A DNA stretch of 63,417 nucleotides, filler included, from a bacterium (lineage in GTDB: Bacteria; JADJOY01), in the NCBI GenBank assembly GCA_046331705.1. It is 9 parts of 9 records of this genome, joined end to end, with 100 filler letters (N's around TTAATTAATTAA, not from the genome) between each part and the next. Parts side by side here need not be neighbours in the genome. Positions count along the whole stretch, not along the records: positions 60,260 to 63,417 come from JAXLQJ010000116.1; 8 more parts are not named here. One strand, given 5' to 3'. Positions 60,671 to 63,417 of this stretch are shown here, piece by piece; the stretch's first letter is position 1; every line of letters starts with the position of its first letter. The notes under the pieces were generated by a model. That model searched no databases. It was not told the DNA's origin and saw only the letters and a list, made by a program, of their open reading frames with translations. The translations under genes were made by a program, and so were the position numbers.

Positions 60671-60809
60671 CAGCCGGTGAGGCCTGCCCGCGATCCCGCC
60701 CCGTAACTCTGGAGCATCGACGCAGGAAAGGTGCGCTCAATAATCAAGCCATTGACATATCTTGATTCCATCGCCGGCGAGTTACTTCTCGTTAACGGCT
60801 TCCGCCCGA

Positions 60810-62192
60810 TCAGAAGAAATCCAGGCCCACCTGGAACAGGCGCTCGACCTCGGCCACCGCCTCACGCTTGGCGAAGATCGTCAGCACGTCGCCCTCGCCG
60901 AGCTGCATGTCGCCGCGCGGGACGACGACCCGGTCGCCCTTCTGGATCAGCCCGATCAGCGCCCCGTCCGGCAGCTCCGCGTCGCGCACCGCCTTGCCCG
61001 CCACCGCCGAGGTTCCGAGCACCTGCGCCTCGATCAGCTCCGCCTCGCCGTCGCCGATCGAATAGACCGCGCGGATTCGCCCGTGTCGCACGTAGCGCAG
61101 AATCGAGCTCACCGTCGTCGAGCGCGGATTGACGTAGGCGTCGATCCCCATCGGCGCGATCAGTCCGATCAGCGAGGCGTCGTTGACGAGCGCCACCACC
61201 AGCTTCGCTCCCTCGGTCTTCGCCCGCACGCAAGCGAGGATGTTGGTCTTGTCGTCCTCGGTCAACGCGAGCACCGCGTCCATGGCGCCGACGTTCGCCT
61301 CCTCGAGCAGGTCCGGGTCGAGCCCGTCGCCGTTGAGCACGATCGTGTGCGACAGGGCGTCCGCCGCGACCTCCGCCCGCGCCCGGCTCCGCTCTATGAT
61401 CTTCATCCGCAGCTTGCGCCCCGACTCCTCGAGCGACTTCGCGACGTGCAGCCCGATGTTGCCGGCACCGATCAGCAGCAGCCGCTCCACTGCCAGGTGC
61501 CGCTTGCCGAAGACCTCCATGACCCGTGCCAGATCTTCGGCGACCGTGACCAGGTAGACCTGGTCGTCGGCGGTCAGCCGGTCGTCCGCCGCGGGAACGA
61601 CGAGCCGCTCGCGCCGACGGATGCCGACCACGACTGCGCGCAGGGTGGAGAAGAGCTCGGAGAGCTGTCGCAGCGGCGTGTCGAGCACCGGGCAGGCCGC
61701 GTCGAGGCTGATGCCGACGAGCTGCACCCGCCCGTCCATGAACGCCTCGATGTCGAAGGCCGATGGCGCCGACAGCCGTTGCATTACCGCGTCCGCGACC
61801 GCGTACTCGGGCGAGATGACGACATCGATCGGCAGATGGTCCTGGCGGTAGAGGTCGGAATAGATCGCGTTGAGGTACGCGGGCGCCCGCAGCCGCGCGA
61901 TCTTGCGCGGTACCGAGAAGATCGAGTTCGCCACCTGGCAGACGACCATGTTCACCTCGTCGGACTGGGTCGCCGCGATCACCATGTCCGCGTCGCGCGC
62001 GCCGGCCTTCTCGAGCACGTCTGGATGCGACGCGAACCCGGTGACGCCCCCGACGTCGTAGGCGTCGGTGATCCGCCGGACCAGCCCCGCATCCCTGTCG
62101 ACGATCGTGACGTGGTTCGCGCCGGACTCGCGGGCGAGATGGCGCGCGATCTGCCCGCCTACCTGCCCCGCCCCGCAGATGATGATCTTCAT
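60810..62192 (-). CDS. trkA: Trk potassium uptake regulatory subunit
   Basis: MKIIICGAGQVG, two RCK-N/RCK-C pairs, C-terminus LFQVGLDFF. Confidence 0.96.
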   Translation of the reverse strand: MKIIICGAGQVGGQIARHLARESGANHVTIVDRDAGLVRRITDAYDVGGVTGFASHPDVLEKAGARDADMVIAATQSDEVNMVVCQVANSIFSVPRKIARLRAPAYLNAIYSDLYRQDHLPIDVVISPEYAVADAVMQRLSAPSAFDIEAFMDGRVQLVGISLDAACPVLDTPLRQLSELFSTLRAVVVGIRRRERLVVPAADDRLTADDQVYLVTVAEDLARVMEVFGKRHLAVERLLLIGAGNIGLHVAKSLEESGRKLRMKIIERSRARAEVAADALSHTIVLNGDGLDPDLLEEANVGAMDAVLALTEDDKTNILACVRAKTEGAKLVVALVNDASLIGLIAPMGIDAYVNPRSTTVSSILRYVRHGRIRAVYSIGDGEAELIEAQVLGTSAVAGKAVRDAELPDGALIGLIQKGDRVVVPRGDMQLGEGDVLTIFAKREAVAEVERLFQVGLDFF

Positions 62193-62225
62193 CGCGCGTG
62201 CCCCGCGCCCCGCCGGACCGACGGC

Positions 62226-63416
62226 TCAGGCGTGCGCTTCCTCCTCGGCCCGCTCGCTGCGGCCGGCGGCGATCACGTTGAGTGACTTGAGCTTGCGGTG
62301 AAGGGCGGAGCGCTCCATGCCGACGAAGTTCGCCGTCCGGGAGACGTTGCCGCCGAACCGGTTAATCTGCGCCACCAGGTACTCGCGCTCGAACATCTCG
62401 CGCGCCTCGCGAAGGGCCAGGCCGGCGAAGGCGGCTCCGAGCATGCCGTTGGTGGCGCTGCCATTCGTCGTCGCCTCAAGCACCAGCTCCTCGGGCTCGA
62501 TCGGGCCGTGGTCCGGCCCGAGGATCACCGCCCGCTCGAGCGCGTTCCGGAGCTGCCGGACGTTGCCCGGCCAGCGCATGGTCTGCAGCTGCGCCTCCGC
62601 CTCGGGCGAGAGGCTGCGGAGCGGCAGCCCGTGCCCGCCGTTCAGCTCCTCGAGGAAGTGCCGCGCGAGCTCGGGGATGTCCTCGCGCCGCGCCTCGAGC
62701 CCCGGCACGCTGATCGGCACCACGTTCAGCCGGTGGAAGAGCTCGGTGCGGAAGCGGCCCGCCTGAACCTCGCGCGCAAGGTCGCGGGTCGTCGCCGAAA
62801 TCACCCGCACGTCGACACGCACCGTGTTCGCCCCCCCCACACGCTGGAACGACTGGTCGACGAGCACCCGCAGGATCTTCGACTGGGTCCCCGGCGGCAT
62901 GTCCGAGACCTCGTCGAAGAAGAGGATGCCGGTGTGCGCCTTCTCGAACAGTCCGGGCTCCACCCCACGCTCGGCGCTCTCGCGCCCAAAGAGCACCTCC
63001 TCCATCTGCTCGGCGCCGATCGAGGCCGAGTTGACGATGACGAACGGCCCCTTGGCGCGGTCGGAATGACGATGCAGATAGCGCGCCGCCACCTCCTTGC
63101 CCGAACCCGCGGGGCCGGAGAGCATCACGCGGCTGTTGGTCCGCGCAACCTTGTCGAGCTGCTGCTTCATGTGCCGGAACGCCGAGCTCGTGCCGATCAT
63201 CGACTGGCTCGTGCCCTCCTTGCCCTTCAGGGCCGCGTTCTCGCGCCGGAGCCGCGAGGTCTCGAGCGCGCGCCCGATCACTACCATCAGCTGGTCGATG
63301 TTGAACGGCTTCTCGATGAAGTCGTAGGCGCCCTGCTTGATCGCGGCCACCGCGATCTCGATGTTGCCGTGCCCCGAGATGATCACGACCGGGATTGCCG
63401 GGTTGTCCCGCCGCAC
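62226..63416 (-). CDS. ntrX: Response regulator NtrX, 5'-truncated
   Basis: IISGHGNIEIAVAAIKQGAYDFIEKPF, GPAGSGKE, no GAFTGA, C-terminal LREAREMFEREYL..QINRFGGNVSRTANFVGMERSALHRKLK. Confidence 0.93.
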   Translation of the reverse strand: MRRDNPAIPVVIISGHGNIEIAVAAIKQGAYDFIEKPFNIDQLMVVIGRALETSRLRRENAALKGKEGTSQSMIGTSSAFRHMKQQLDKVARTNSRVMLSGPAGSGKEVAARYLHRHSDRAKGPFVIVNSASIGAEQMEEVLFGRESAERGVEPGLFEKAHTGILFFDEVSDMPPGTQSKILRVLVDQSFQRVGGANTVRVDVRVISATTRDLAREVQAGRFRTELFHRLNVVPISVPGLEARREDIPELARHFLEELNGGHGLPLRSLSPEAEAQLQTMRWPGNVRQLRNALERAVILGPDHGPIEPEELVLEATTNGSATNGMLGAAFAGLALREAREMFEREYLVAQINRFGGNVSRTANFVGMERSALHRKLKSLNVIAAGRSERAEEEAHA

Positions 63417-63417
63417 C

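Noticed and set aside
62226-63416. Missing GAFTGA in NtrX as a novelty
   Set aside because: This is a known property of alphaproteobacterial NtrX.

Overview
The window is not one continuous locus. It holds nine GC-rich contigs joined by 100-nt N/TTAATTAATTAA/N linkers: 1-13685, 13786-23323, 23424-32012, 32113-38884, 38985-45641, 45742-51189, 51290-54586, 54687-60159 and 60260-63417. It looks like a metagenome bin. Most gene content suggests a Deltaproteobacteria/Myxococcota/Binatia-like diderm (inference), while the last contig looks alphaproteobacterial. The standout is a protein-modification operon split across contigs 1 and 3. The last 21 nt of contig 1 are the exact reverse complement of the last 21 nt of contig 3, and joining them restores an in-frame E2 (UBC-like) gene. 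The reconstructed co-directional gene order is: FHA-like+RING E3, ThiF-type E1, E2, unknown 317-aa protein, ubiquitin-like protein (...DAG-AGA), JAB/MPN protease, ARC/Mpa-type AAA ATPase, Dop-like deamidase, Pup-like peptide (...GGQ), PafA-like ligase fused to WD40 repeats. A ubiquitin-type cascade and a pupylation-type cascade therefore sit in one apparent operon, behind a sigma54-type promoter and a divergent, degenerate enhancer-binding ATPase. No 20S proteasome genes are visible. The rest of the window includes a tRNA-Glu-associated island remnant (TA modules, decayed IS3), tRNA-Lys, ppnP, lipase plus foldase, gloB and many lipoproteins. It also has a CsgG/LPP20/TPR/SLH envelope cluster, thiS-thiG divergent from bioF-bioA with a BirA-type operator, glycosyltransferases, an IS1202/ISNCY-like IS, a Ser/Thr kinase, LOG, a sirtuin and ntrX-trkA-trkH. 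All family calls come from motif recognition by eye; no database searches were run.
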